A stretch of 64,000 nucleotides of DNA from an uncultured Alphaproteobacteria bacterium. GTDB lineage: Bacteria > Pseudomonadota > Alphaproteobacteria > Rs-D84. Of the stretch, positions 47,375 through 57,914 are shown one piece after another. The notes beneath the pieces were generated by a model that saw only the letters and a list, made by a program, of their open reading frames with translations, did not search any database and was not told the DNA's origin. Location of the stretch: positions 45,291 through 109,290 of the forward strand of contig CANSHD010000001.1 of assembly GCA_947646585.1 (NCBI GenBank), given 5' to 3'. Both the position numbers and the translations under genes were made by a program. Numbering within the stretch: the first letter of the stretch is position 1; each line of letters begins with the position of its first letter.

Positions 47375-48283
47375 ATGCCCAAACAACAAAACAACGGACT
47401 TTTATCATGGCTGGTCACACGCCCGATTATGTTTGCCATAATCGCGTTTGTTGCGATGACCGCTGCAACACTAATCGCCGGTCAGTTGGCGCGCAGTGCC
47501 GGGCCGCTTGCGAGCATATTGGTGGTTGTCGCGTTCCTTGGGGCGGCCGCATGGCTGGTGCGGAAACTGCCCGGCGAAAACATAAACCGACGCGGCTTTA
47601 TTGAAATAAACAACGCCCAGATGTTTATAACATCCGTCGCATTTATCATTTCAACGCTTGTCATCATATATAACGCCCAGACGCTTATGATGCGGTCGCT
47701 GCTGCTGGAATCACAATCCACGCCGGCATTTATCGCACTGATTGTCGCACTGATTGTCGCACTGGCGATGTTCTATCTGTACCTGTGCGGAATATTTGTC
47801 GCAAACCTGTACGCGAAATACCGCCGCATCCGCGCAATGGGCGTTGGAATGTGGAAAACATTGGCGACCGCGCCGTTCGGCTTTGCCATGCTGTGGATTC
47901 CGGGTTACCTGATGCCCGACGCATCCGAAAAAGACACCGGCCGGAAAAGCGACCGCGGCTGGTACGGTCGGCTAACCGACTGGATTATGTCGCGCAATTA
48001 CCGCACGGCCGGCGTGCTGGTTTTACTAATAACAATGTCCGGATTTACATTCGGATATCCGGCGTTGTTGTTAACCCTGGGGCTGGGGCTGATATTTGCA
48101 ATATGGACGTCCGTCGTCGGCACGGACCGCATGCGCAAAAACATCGGCGGCGCATATGCGACAACCGCGATTGTTATAAACGTTCTGACGATTGTCGGCG
48201 TGGTGACCTATGCATCGCTTGTCAAACACGCGCCAAAGCAACCGGTTGAAACACCGGAAATCACGCAGACACAACCGCTGTAA
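47375..48283 (+). CDS. Hypothetical polytopic membrane protein
   Basis: Several hydrophobic segments; RBS AAGGA. Confidence 0.7.
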   Translation: MPKQQNNGLLSWLVTRPIMFAIIAFVAMTAATLIAGQLARSAGPLASILVVVAFLGAAAWLVRKLPGENINRRGFIEINNAQMFITSVAFIISTLVIIYNAQTLMMRSLLLESQSTPAFIALIVALIVALAMFYLYLCGIFVANLYAKYRRIRAMGVGMWKTLATAPFGFAMLWIPGYLMPDASEKDTGRKSDRGWYGRLTDWIMSRNYRTAGVLVLLITMSGFTFGYPALLLTLGLGLIFAIWTSVVGTDRMRKNIGGAYATTAIVINVLTIVGVVTYASLVKHAPKQPVETPEITQTQPL

Positions 48284-48294
48284 AAACGCGCTAT

Positions 48295-49377
48295 GTGCAC
48301 GATTTCAAAGGCTACAAGGATTTTACGATTATGTTGAACGGTCTTATTTTGTTTGTCGGAATAGTATTCATACTGTGGCTGGGACGCTCTATATTCATAC
48401 CCCTGCTGGTCGCAACATTCATGTGGTATTTAATAAATGCAATCAGCGCGTATTACCGCAAGGTTTTCCCGTTCAAAAAATCACGCGACAGCCGCTATCC
48501 GGTGCCCGCACGCGTGTTTGACTGGACGTCGAACATACTGGCCGCGGCGACAATCGCCGGTGTTATATACCTGTTCATAACCCAGATTCGCCCCATGTCG
48601 TCAGAGCTGATTGCGGCCCTGCCGGCGATGCAGACGCGAATAATAGACTTGGCGGAATACCTGTCCGCACAGATGGGCGTAAAACTGGACGCATCGTTAA
48701 TACCGAACATCAGCAAAATCGCGACAAACGTCGGCATGTCCGCCGCATCCATCGCGACAACAATCGGGATGATTGTCGTATATATGATATTCATGTTTGT
48801 TGAACAAAGCACGTTCAACCGCAAGTTTGCCGCAATGTTCCCGAACAAGCGCCAGTCAAAAAAGATGCGCTATATAATATCCAGCATCGACACCAACATG
48901 AAGAAATACCTGTTCGTAAAAACATTCATATCAGCCGTGACAGGCATCCTGTCGTATGTATGGCTGCGCTCGCTTGGGCTGGAATTTGCGGGCGTCTGGG
49001 CGTTCATCGTATTTATCACCAGCTATATCCCGACCATCGGCGCCATTGTCGCGTGCGGCCTGCCGATACTGTATTCATTGATTAACGCCCCGACATTGCA
49101 GCAGCCTGTGCTGGTCGCATGCGGCCTTATCGGATTGCAGATAATATTCGGCAACATACTTGAACCGAAACTGACCGGAAAAACACTGAACCTGTCAACG
49201 CTGGCCATACTTATAAACCTGGTATTCTGGGGAATGATTTGGGGCGTCGCCGGAATGTTCTTCAGCGTGCCGCTGCTGGTGGCGACATTTATAATCACGG
49301 CGCAGTTTGACTCAACGCGATGGCTGGCGGTACTGCTGTCCGCGGACGGTAAAATTCCGGACAAAAAAGAAGAATAA
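48295..49377 (+). CDS. AI-2E family transporter
   Basis: YIPTIG, GNILEPKL.G..LNLS, FWG.IWG..GMF.SVP motifs. Confidence 0.9.
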   Translation: MHDFKGYKDFTIMLNGLILFVGIVFILWLGRSIFIPLLVATFMWYLINAISAYYRKVFPFKKSRDSRYPVPARVFDWTSNILAAATIAGVIYLFITQIRPMSSELIAALPAMQTRIIDLAEYLSAQMGVKLDASLIPNISKIATNVGMSAASIATTIGMIVVYMIFMFVEQSTFNRKFAAMFPNKRQSKKMRYIISSIDTNMKKYLFVKTFISAVTGILSYVWLRSLGLEFAGVWAFIVFITSYIPTIGAIVACGLPILYSLINAPTLQQPVLVACGLIGLQIIFGNILEPKLTGKTLNLSTLAILINLVFWGMIWGVAGMFFSVPLLVATFIITAQFDSTRWLAVLLSADGKIPDKKEE

Positions 49378-49417
49378 AAAACGCGCTATATGCATTGAAT
49401 CCGGGACTTTTTAAGAA

Positions 49418-49867
49418 TCAGCCCCGTCGCATTACCGCAATCGCGTTTTCCAAAATCACACGCGCCGCCTCTGAATCCAGACGCTGTTTTATATCCGCGC
49501 GGCGCACCTTGCCCATCGATTCCTGGGCGGCAACACTGGTCAAATTTTCCTCTATAAAACAAACGGGCAAATCGACGTATGTGCACACCTGCGCGGCATT
49601 CGCGCGAATATCATCACAAATTTCGGACGGCGTTCCGTCCGCGTGGACCGGCATGCCGATTACGATTCCGACCGCGTTTTCCGCAACCGCCAATTCCGCC
49701 ACGCGACGCGCCCACGACGTGTCGCCGCGCGGCGTCAAAATTGCGGGCCGCGTAAAAACAAATTCCCGCGACGCATCGGATACGGCGACCCCGGTGCGAC
49801 GCGCGCCCCAGTCAAGTCCAATTATGCGCCCGACGCGCGGAAAAGCCTTGAAATCTGGCAGAATCAT
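49418..49867 (-). CDS. yqgF: YqgF/RuvX pre-16S rRNA nuclease
   Basis: IGLDWGARRTGVAVSD, E.LTS, DSEAA..IL; divergent from gatC as in alphaproteobacteria. Confidence 0.9.
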   Translation of the reverse strand: MILPDFKAFPRVGRIIGLDWGARRTGVAVSDASREFVFTRPAILTPRGDTSWARRVAELAVAENAVGIVIGMPVHADGTPSEICDDIRANAAQVCTYVDLPVCFIEENLTSVAAQESMGKVRRADIKQRLDSEAARVILENAIAVMRRG

Positions 49868-49904
49868 TATATAATCCTTTGGTAATTTTAACATAGGATA
49901 AAAC

Positions 49905-50198
49905 ATGGCGTTTAGCAAGCAGCAATTGCGTAAATTTGCAGACCTGATACGAATTGAAATCCCGGACGACAAGCTGGAGGAAATGAACATCGACTCTGTC
50001 GTGGAATGGCTGGATAAATTACAGAAAATCGACACCACCGGCGTAGAGCCCATGATATCCCCGGCGGAGCATGCGATGCCGCGCCGCACGGATGCGGTCA
50101 CCGACGGAAATATCCGTGACGCGGTTCTGGCGAACGCCCCGGACAAGTCGGGCGTCAGCCGCGGTTATTTTGCCGTGCCAAAGGTTATGGAGGAATAA
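49905..50198 (+). CDS. gatC: Glu/Asp-tRNA amidotransferase subunit C
   Basis: DTTGVEPM, R.D.VTDG, LANAP, F.VPKV motifs. Confidence 0.92.
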   Translation: MAFSKQQLRKFADLIRIEIPDDKLEEMNIDSVVEWLDKLQKIDTTGVEPMISPAEHAMPRRTDAVTDGNIRDAVLANAPDKSGVSRGYFAVPKVMEE

Positions 50199-50202
50199 TC
50201 GC

Positions 50203-50640
50203 ATGCCCGATAAAAAAAATGATATTAGCGTTTGCCTTGCCAATTATGATGCATACGAAGAGTTGCCAACACATACGGAATTATTGGGAAAAATATCGGC
50301 GGACGCGGCGAACGAGTTTTTATCAGTGTTGTCCGCGGAACATCCCGCCGACAATGCATGTATAAAAACGCTAAGCGCGGAATACACAGATTCTGTTACA
50401 TTTGGCCACATGCCCGGCCAATGCCGTTATCGCAAACTGGAACTGCGCGACATGTGGTGGCTAAACGATAATTGTATATTGCCATGCGCCCCAAACAAAC
50501 GCCCGGACATAAGCTATGAACAAAGGATGCGCATATGTGCCCGCAATTTGCGTAAAGGAAAATGTTGCGATACATTTATACGCCAAGCGCTTGGCGCCGC
50601 ATTGTTTCCAAAACTTTATAAAAACGAAAAACAAAGATAG
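50203..50640 (+). CDS. Hypothetical Cys-containing protein inserted between gatC and gatA
   Basis: ORF fills the gap, GGAGG upstream, AT-richer than neighbours. Confidence 0.6.
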   Translation: MPDKKNDISVCLANYDAYEELPTHTELLGKISADAANEFLSVLSAEHPADNACIKTLSAEYTDSVTFGHMPGQCRYRKLELRDMWWLNDNCILPCAPNKRPDISYEQRMRICARNLRKGKCCDTFIRQALGAALFPKLYKNEKQR

Positions 50641-50654
50641 GAAGTGGTATAACA

Positions 50655-52121
50655 ATGATTGATTTAACGATTACCCAGGCTTTGGAAAAATTGAAATCGC
50701 GCGAGATAAGCGCGACCGAATTAACACGCGCATATCTGGACCGCATTGAAAAATACGGCGCCGATTTGAACTGCTATATCACCGTCACGCCAGAGCGCGC
50801 GGTTGCCGACGCGGCGGCGTCCGACGCACGCTATGCGGCGAACGGCGCCCTGCCCCTGGACGGGATTCCGATTGGAATGAAGGACTTGTTCGCCACGCGC
50901 GGCATACGCACAACGGCGGCGTCACGCATGCTGGAAAACTTTATCCCGGAATACGAATCCACCGTGTCCCAGAAATTTATCGACGCCGGAACGGTGTTGC
51001 TGGGTAAAACAAATCTGGACGAATTCGCCATGGGCACGTTCAGCAAGACCAGCTATTTCGGCGCGCCCGTCAATCCGTGGCAGATGGAAAAGCGTTTAAC
51101 TGCCGGCGGCTCGTCCGGCGGTGCAACATCCGCAATCGCGTCCGGCCTGGCCATTGGCGGCACGGGAACGGACACCGGCGGTTCAATCCGTTTTCCGGCG
51201 GCGATAACAGGCCTGGTCGGGATGAAGCCGACTTACGGTCTGTGCTCGCGCTGGGGATGCGTTGCGTTCGCATCCAGTCTGGATACGCCGGGCCCAATTG
51301 CACGCACGGTGGACGACGCCGCATTGCTGCTGTCGGCGATGGCCGGTCACGACCCAAAAGAATCAACCAGCGCGAACGCCGAATTTCATGCACATAGCGC
51401 CGTTTCGCCAATTCTGGGCGACAACAGGAAATTACGCGTCGGCGTGATAAAGGAGTTTGCGAATGTGGAAATATCCGCGGACATGAAACGCATATTTGAG
51501 ACCCGCATCGCCGACTTAAAATCAATGGGCGCCGAAATAGTCGAAGTCTCCATTCCGAATATCTTGGACGCACTGGCGGCGTATTACATCATCGCCCCGG
51601 CCGAGGCATCGTCAAACCTGGCGCGGTATGACGGAATGAAATACGGTCTGCGCGTTGACGGCGTCGATTTGATAGACACGTACAAGAAAACGCGCGCCGC
51701 GGGATTCGGCGACGAGGTAAAGCGCCGCATGATTATCGGCACCGCCGTGCTTAGCAGCGAATCGTACGACGTATATTTCATGCAGGCCGCGCGCGTTCGC
51801 AGAATGATAGCGGACAGCTTTGCCACCGCATTCGGGCAGTGCGACCTGATTGTATGCCCGTCATCCGCTGGAACGGCGATGCCGCTGGCGTCCGACCTGT
51901 CGCCGCTGGAATACTATGCGTTGGATTTGTTCACCGTTGCAATGAACCTGGCCGGTGTGCCGGCGTGCAGCGTACCGGCGGAACTTGCCGAAAACGGCCT
52001 GCCGCTGGGTCTGCAGGTTGTTGGTCCGCGCTTTGCCGACATGCGCGTTCTGCAGCTGGCAAAGCATATAGAGACCGCCGCAGGCATTGACAATCGTCCG
52101 ACAAAGATAATGGGGAAATAA
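50655..52121 (+). CDS. gatA: Glu/Asp-tRNA amidotransferase subunit A
   Basis: KTNLDEFAMG, GGSSGG, GTDTGGSIR, AEASSNLARYDG, GFGDEVKRR motifs. Confidence 0.96.
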   Translation: MIDLTITQALEKLKSREISATELTRAYLDRIEKYGADLNCYITVTPERAVADAAASDARYAANGALPLDGIPIGMKDLFATRGIRTTAASRMLENFIPEYESTVSQKFIDAGTVLLGKTNLDEFAMGTFSKTSYFGAPVNPWQMEKRLTAGGSSGGATSAIASGLAIGGTGTDTGGSIRFPAAITGLVGMKPTYGLCSRWGCVAFASSLDTPGPIARTVDDAALLLSAMAGHDPKESTSANAEFHAHSAVSPILGDNRKLRVGVIKEFANVEISADMKRIFETRIADLKSMGAEIVEVSIPNILDALAAYYIIAPAEASSNLARYDGMKYGLRVDGVDLIDTYKKTRAAGFGDEVKRRMIIGTAVLSSESYDVYFMQAARVRRMIADSFATAFGQCDLIVCPSSAGTAMPLASDLSPLEYYALDLFTVAMNLAGVPACSVPAELAENGLPLGLQVVGPRFADMRVLQLAKHIETAAGIDNRPTKIMGK

Positions 52122-52150
52122 AAAAATGACCGCAGCCATTAAAAATAATC

Positions 52151-52226
52151 TGGTGGCTAGGGACGGAATCGAACCGCCGACACAGGGATTTTCAGTCCCT
52201 TGCTCTACCAACTGAGCTACCTAGCC
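52151..52226 (-). tRNA. tRNA-Phe (GAA)
   Basis: GGCTAGGTAGCTCAGTTGGTAGAGC...CTGAAAA...GGTTCGATTCC...CCACCA, 76 nt cloverleaf. Confidence 0.97.
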
Positions 52227-52280
52227 AACGCGAGACGCATAATAAGATACCTAATACAAAAAAGCAAGGAAAAAGAAAAA

Positions 52281-53804
52281 ATGTTTACAATAAAGGGCAA
52301 AACGACTGACTGGGAACTGGTTATCGGCTTGGAAACACATATAGAAGTACTGTCCAATTCCAAATTGTTCAGCGGGGCTTCCGCCGATTATAATCCGACG
52401 ATTGCCCCCAACACCCAGGTATCGATGGTTGACTGCGCTATGCCGGGAATGCTGCCGGTGCTGAACGAATACTGCGTGGAACAGGCGATAAAAATGGGCC
52501 TGGGGCTGAATGCCGAAATCTCAAGACACAGCACCTTTGCGCGTAAACAGTATTTCTATCCCGACCTGCCCCAGGGATACCAGATATCACAGCCGGCGGA
52601 CCGCCCGCCCGTTGTCGGCCGTGGATGGGTTGAAATTATGTCGGACGACGGCAAACCCAAAAAAATATTTATAGAGCGCGCGCATCTGGAACAGGACGCG
52701 GGAAAATTAAAACACGACGTCCATCCGACAAAATCCTTTGCAGACTATAACCGCACGGGTGTCGCACTGCTGGAAATCGTAACGTTTTTGGACGTCAAGA
52801 ATCCGGAAAACAATTCATATATATCGTCGCCCGACGAGGCTGAGCGCTATCTGCGCGAAATACGCGAAATAGCGCGCGCACTGGGCGTGTCCAAGGCCAA
52901 CATGGAGGAAGGCTCCATGCGCGCCGACGTGAACGTATCGGTGCGCCCCGTGGGTTCCACAGAATTCCGCACGCGCACGGAAACCAAAAACATGGTTTCG
53001 TTCAAATTCATCAAATCGGCCATTGAATACGAGGCGCGCCGCCAGATAGAACTGTACGAATCGGGCGCCACCGTGTCCCAGGACACGATGCGCTATTCCC
53101 AAAGCGACGGCACTACATCCGTAATGCGCAGCAAGGAAGACGCGCTGGATTATCGTTATTTCCCGGACCCGGATTTGCTGGAACTGGTAATTGACGACGA
53201 AACGATTGAACGCGTGCGCCGTACAATGCCGGAATTGCCGGCGGCGACCCGCGCCCGCTATACCGGCGAACTGGGGCTGGCGGAATACGACGCCGCAAGA
53301 CTTACCGAAAGCACCGACATATCACGCTGGTTCGACGCGGCCGTGGGCGACAAAAAATCACGCGCAAAATCGATTGCAAACTGGATGATATCCGAACTGT
53401 TTGCGCACCCGGAAAACTGGGATGTCAAAAACGCCGTGGATACAGCTGAGAGCGGAGCACCGCGGATTATCACACCGGCGAATCTGGCCGAATTGGTCGA
53501 TATGATTTCTGAAAAGTCAATCAATGGGAAACAGGCAAAAGAAATATTTATAAAAATGCTGGACGGGGAAACCGGCACCCCGCGCGAGATTGCCAAAAAG
53601 TTCGGCATGGAGCAAATCACCGACACGTCCGCCATCGAAAAGGCTGTTGACGACGTAATCGCCGCCAACCCGGCCCAGGTGGAACAGTACCGCAGCGGCA
53701 AAACGGGTTTGCTCGGATTCTTTGTCGGCAATGTCATGAAGGCGACCGGCGGCAAGGCGAATCCGGCGGTTGTAAACGAACTGCTGCGCGCGAAACTGGC
53801 GTAA
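52281..53804 (+). CDS. gatB: Glu/Asp-tRNA amidotransferase subunit B
   Basis: IGLETH, YFYPDLP.GYQISQ, HLEQDAGK, NMEEGSMRADVN, YRYFPDPDL, GKANP motifs. Confidence 0.97.
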   Translation: MFTIKGKTTDWELVIGLETHIEVLSNSKLFSGASADYNPTIAPNTQVSMVDCAMPGMLPVLNEYCVEQAIKMGLGLNAEISRHSTFARKQYFYPDLPQGYQISQPADRPPVVGRGWVEIMSDDGKPKKIFIERAHLEQDAGKLKHDVHPTKSFADYNRTGVALLEIVTFLDVKNPENNSYISSPDEAERYLREIREIARALGVSKANMEEGSMRADVNVSVRPVGSTEFRTRTETKNMVSFKFIKSAIEYEARRQIELYESGATVSQDTMRYSQSDGTTSVMRSKEDALDYRYFPDPDLLELVIDDETIERVRRTMPELPAATRARYTGELGLAEYDAARLTESTDISRWFDAAVGDKKSRAKSIANWMISELFAHPENWDVKNAVDTAESGAPRIITPANLAELVDMISEKSINGKQAKEIFIKMLDGETGTPREIAKKFGMEQITDTSAIEKAVDDVIAANPAQVEQYRSGKTGLLGFFVGNVMKATGGKANPAVVNELLRAKLA

Positions 53805-53829
53805 CAAAACACAACCGGGCGAACGGGAT

Positions 53830-55128
53830 ATGAAAAAGTTTTTTATAAAAACATTCGGATGCCAGATGAACGTCTATGACGGCCAGCGTATTGCGGCGAT
53901 GCTGGCCGCGCGCGAAATGACGGAAACAGACGACGTATCTGATGCGGACATAATAATTTTAAACACATGCGCCGTCCGCGCCAAGGCCACCGACAAGGTG
54001 TTTTCCGCCCTGGGGCGCATTCGTCGCGCAAAAAAGCCCGACGCGCTGTTCGGAATTGTCGGCTGCGTCGCACGCGAGGCCGGTGCCGACGCCTTTCGCA
54101 GGATACCGGAATTGAATTTTGTTTTGGGCCCGCAGAGCTATCACAAACTGCCGGCGCTGTTGGAAAATCCCGACAGCAAATTATTAAACATAGATTTGGG
54201 CGGCCTGGAAAAATTCGATGAAATGCCGCGCATGTCAGTATCCCCCGCCGTCGCGTATATTCCCATACAGGAAGGCTGCAACCACTGTTGCACTTACTGC
54301 ATCGTTCCGTACACGCGCGGCCGTGAAATATCGCGCCCATATGCGGACGTGGTTCGCGACTGTGTGCACGCCGCAGAGACCGGCGCCATAGAGATATGTT
54401 TTCTTGGGCAAAACGTTAACGGATACCAATATACGGACGACGAGGGCCACGCTTTCAGACTGTCCGATTTAATCCGCGCGGCCGCCCCCCTGCCCGGCGT
54501 GCGCCGCATACGGTTTACATCCAGCTATCCGACGGAAATGACGGACGACCTGATAGACATGTTCCGGACAGAACCGAAACTGCTCCCCTTTCTAAACATG
54601 CCTATACAAAGCGGCAGCCCGAATGTATTGACAAGAATGAACCGGCCGTACGAGCTAAATCTATATATAGATATAATTGACAAATTACGACGCGCCCGCC
54701 CCGACATACAAATCTCCAGCGACTTTATCGTCGGCTTCCCCGGCGAAACGGACGCGGACTTTGAACAAACGATGGAAATCGCAAAGCGGATAAAATACAT
54801 AAATTCTTATTCGTTCAAATATTCGCCGCGCCCGCATACCGCCGCCGCCGTAATGCCGGACCAGATTCAGGAAACCGTCAAGGCCACACGCCTGGCAAAA
54901 CTGGACGCGGCATTGAATGAGATTCAGCGCGAATTTAACGAAAGCTGTATCAATCGCGAAATGGACTGTCTGTGCGAGGGGCCCGACAAGACCGGCCGCC
55001 ATCTGGTATACCGCACACCGTACATGCAGCAGTGCATCGTCGCCGCTGCACCGCACGCGCCCGCAATCGCGCGCATACGCATAACCGCGGCAAACAAGGC
55101 GTCGCTGCGCGGCGAATTTGTCGGTTAA
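53830..55128 (+). CDS. miaB: tRNA-2-methylthio-N6-dimethylallyladenosine synthase
   Basis: TFGCQMNVYD, NTCAVR, CxxxCxxC (CNHCCTYC), DFIVGFPGET, FKYSPRP. Confidence 0.93.
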   Translation: MKKFFIKTFGCQMNVYDGQRIAAMLAAREMTETDDVSDADIIILNTCAVRAKATDKVFSALGRIRRAKKPDALFGIVGCVAREAGADAFRRIPELNFVLGPQSYHKLPALLENPDSKLLNIDLGGLEKFDEMPRMSVSPAVAYIPIQEGCNHCCTYCIVPYTRGREISRPYADVVRDCVHAAETGAIEICFLGQNVNGYQYTDDEGHAFRLSDLIRAAAPLPGVRRIRFTSSYPTEMTDDLIDMFRTEPKLLPFLNMPIQSGSPNVLTRMNRPYELNLYIDIIDKLRRARPDIQISSDFIVGFPGETDADFEQTMEIAKRIKYINSYSFKYSPRPHTAAAVMPDQIQETVKATRLAKLDAALNEIQREFNESCINREMDCLCEGPDKTGRHLVYRTPYMQQCIVAAAPHAPAIARIRITAANKASLRGEFVG

Positions 55129-56696
55129 AATTCTATCTTAACGGAAAAAGAAAACATGCCGGCACAACCGTTGTCGGCATGAATTATATCCACCGCCACG
55201 TCGCCGCCAATCATGTCATCGGGCGAATAAAAACCGACGGACGCGCCGGCCCTGGTATCTTGGCGCGAATTTAATCCGCCGCCCATTTTGAATTTATACG
55301 TTCCCGTTTCACCCCGCCATGACAGAACCGCATCAACACCCGCACGAATAGAGGTCCGGTCCCGGCGTGCATCCAATATATGCGTCCCGTGATATTCCGC
55401 CCCGGCATATGGCGTAAAAATCCCCAGCACAAATCCGATATCCGCCACACCATACACGGACACGACGCGCACATTATCACGAATGCGCCCCGCATCAAAA
55501 ACATACGGAACATTGAAATCGCCATACGTCGCACCAACCACACCGCGCGCCCACATCCGGTCGGCGTCATAGACGGCATGAATTTTACCGCCGAACATCT
55601 GCGCGCTGAACGCGTTTATTTCATCATCCGATTCCGCCATGGCCCCGTACAGTGAAGCCCCGAATGAAAATCCGGAGCGCGACGGCGCGCCAATATCAAT
55701 CGACAGACCATATATGTCATAATCGGAATCGGCGATATAAAACGGCCGGCCGGCGACAGTCCATGCGGACGACGCCATATCGTTGACCGCAACACCGTCG
55801 GTCATAAAACGGTCCATAATACGAATAGGCCGCCCCAGTATTCCGGGATTAAAAACAACACTGCGCAACATTATGGAGTGCAGTTCCGACAAACTTGCGG
55901 CCGCATCCAGGCGACGCAACAGCGCATCATCCGGCCTCTCTTCGCGGACAATATTCAAAAACACTCCGCGCCGGTCGCCCAGAATTTTATAGTAATCAGT
56001 TTCGCGCACGGTTGTTATATACAGGTCGTTGTTTTCAACTTTCGCGGCATACGCGTACAGCTCGCCCGGCGACGGCGCATCGACAACAATATCGGCGTCA
56101 CCCGACACATTGTGCATCAGGGCCATGCCATCTTGCATTGCATACTGTTCCGACAGGCGCAGCGTGACGACACCGTCCAAAACAATTTGTGACGCGGCGC
56201 CCGCCGCATACGGCATCGCCGAATCGGAAAACACGACGTCGCTGTCACGCAGCACCAATGTTCCGGCACCCATGCCAAGCGCGAACAAATCGCCCCACCG
56301 CGCATCCCGTACGCCGTCGGCCAGAACGACATACGGCGCATCCGCGTCAAGAAACGTTATATCCGCGGCGCTGCGGACAACCTGCGTCATTTCGGCCCCG
56401 TCGCCCAAATGTATGCGCCCGTAAACCTCGCCGGAATTTTGTATATGAAAATCACAGTCGTCACACACGTAAATATCGCCGAACACGGTCGCCATGTTTT
56501 GCATTTTAATAGACGCATCGACATGCACGCCGTCCGATTGCACCGTGACACCGGGCGCCAGAAAAGTGTCCCGGATTAAATGCAGTTCACCGCCATACAC
56601 GTCCGCGCCGACATAATCGGCCAATGACGCCGAATGCGGTTGCATTACAGCGCATATAAAAACGAACAAAGCGATTGCTTTTTCTCTCATCCCCAT
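55125..56696 (-). CDS. Autotransporter-like outer-membrane protein
   Basis: Signal peptide, beta-rich passenger, aromatic alternating C-terminal barrel ending VKIEF. Confidence 0.6.
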   Translation of the reverse strand: MGMREKAIALFVFICAVMQPHSASLADYVGADVYGGELHLIRDTFLAPGVTVQSDGVHVDASIKMQNMATVFGDIYVCDDCDFHIQNSGEVYGRIHLGDGAEMTQVVRSAADITFLDADAPYVVLADGVRDARWGDLFALGMGAGTLVLRDSDVVFSDSAMPYAAGAASQIVLDGVVTLRLSEQYAMQDGMALMHNVSGDADIVVDAPSPGELYAYAAKVENNDLYITTVRETDYYKILGDRRGVFLNIVREERPDDALLRRLDAAASLSELHSIMLRSVVFNPGILGRPIRIMDRFMTDGVAVNDMASSAWTVAGRPFYIADSDYDIYGLSIDIGAPSRSGFSFGASLYGAMAESDDEINAFSAQMFGGKIHAVYDADRMWARGVVGATYGDFNVPYVFDAGRIRDNVRVVSVYGVADIGFVLGIFTPYAGAEYHGTHILDARRDRTSIRAGVDAVLSWRGETGTYKFKMGGGLNSRQDTRAGASVGFYSPDDMIGGDVAVDIIHADNGCAGMFSFSVKIEF

Positions 56697-56811
56697 CAAG
56701 ATTACAAGGTTATCAGATAGGATTGTATTCACAAAGAAAAAATATAAAAACACGTCCCGGAAGAATCCGGGACGCACAGACTATGAACTTAATTTACATA
56801 CCGAACAGATA

Positions 56812-57357
56812 TTACAGCATCATGCCGCGTTCAAACGTGCCCCATGCCGCCTTGTATCCGCCGTCACGTTCCAGATAAATTTTTGCGTTGTTCAGCTGGT
56901 TCGCCGTCAATCCGCGGATGATAAAGGATTCTTCCAGGCGGCCGCGCTGTTCAACCTTCAGTTTCGGCAGGCTTATCGGCATGCTGGATTTGTCACAGCA
57001 CATGCTGTCGTTGTTGCAGCTGCCGCACTGATAAATCTTTACGGTATAAGACACGCCCGGGCGCAGGTCTTTCAAATCGACATTCATTTTCAAGCCGCCG
57101 TCTGTTTCAACAAACTTGATATAGCCCATTTTGGATTCGCCGCCGGCGCTGCTGCGGGTGTACATCTTGGCGGCAACGCGGTCGATGTCGCCGGTCGTTT
57201 CATAGCTCTGATATACCACGACAGTCTCCTGCGCCGCAGCCGGCTTCATGTGACGGCGCGCTTTCTTCTGGCCGCACATTGTGCTGCAGCCGCTAAGCAC
57301 GGCCGCCGCACACAGCACTGACGTGAACATGAACATTTTTTTGATAAGTTTTTGCAT
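56812..57357 (-). CDS. Lipoprotein with Cu/Zn-SOD-like fold lacking metal ligands
   Basis: Lipobox LSGC; G.I.F.ET..GL...DL..L.PG...I...GSC...LP.L.V pattern matches SodC, but no His ligands. Confidence 0.55.
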   Translation of the reverse strand: MQKLIKKMFMFTSVLCAAAVLSGCSTMCGQKKARRHMKPAAAQETVVVYQSYETTGDIDRVAAKMYTRSSAGGESKMGYIKFVETDGGLKMNVDLKDLRPGVSYTVKIYQCGSCNNDSMCCDKSSMPISLPKLKVEQRGRLEESFIIRGLTANQLNNAKIYLERDGGYKAAWGTFERGMML

Positions 57358-57532
57358 ATAAGGTCTCCTTTTTCCTTGTGGTTACGAAAATCATTGTACA
57401 ATATTTTTTTTACATTTTCGCCAGGTTTGAATTCCCAAAAAATCCCGGATTTCATGCACATAGCGCTCGCATATTATCCTATAACTATAATGCGTCCTTA
57501 TTGGTAAAATCCAGACACGGAGGAAATGAAAA

Positions 57533-57889
57533 ATGTATGAGCTAATACAAAATCTAATCGCGTTCAAATACGCATGCAAAATAAACCACTGGTCCACCAA
57601 CAACTATTCTCAGCACCTGCTGTTCGACCGATTAACCGAGGACGTGGACACATGGGCGGACAGCCTTGCCGAAAGTTATTTCATGGCGCGCGACGAAAAG
57701 AAAGTGTTCAAGGCCGACATACTGGCGCCGAAAATGATAAGCCGCGATTTGGTAAAAATGTGCGAGCAGATAATATCACGCACCGAGGAACTGCAAGAAG
57801 ACGACGATTTGGACGAAGGCACGAAATCCCTGCTGGGCGATATAGAGGCGGCGTTCCTTGGCAAAATCGCGTTGGCGCAACTGTCTTAA
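57533..57889 (+). CDS. Small ferritin/Dps-like four-helix protein
   Basis: HW....YSQHLLFD.L......D.LAE resembles Dps ferroxidase ligands; GGAGG RBS. Confidence 0.6.
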   Translation: MYELIQNLIAFKYACKINHWSTNNYSQHLLFDRLTEDVDTWADSLAESYFMARDEKKVFKADILAPKMISRDLVKMCEQIISRTEELQEDDDLDEGTKSLLGDIEAAFLGKIALAQLS

Positions 57890-57914
57890 AAAAAATCCCG
57901 CAACGCGGGATTTT

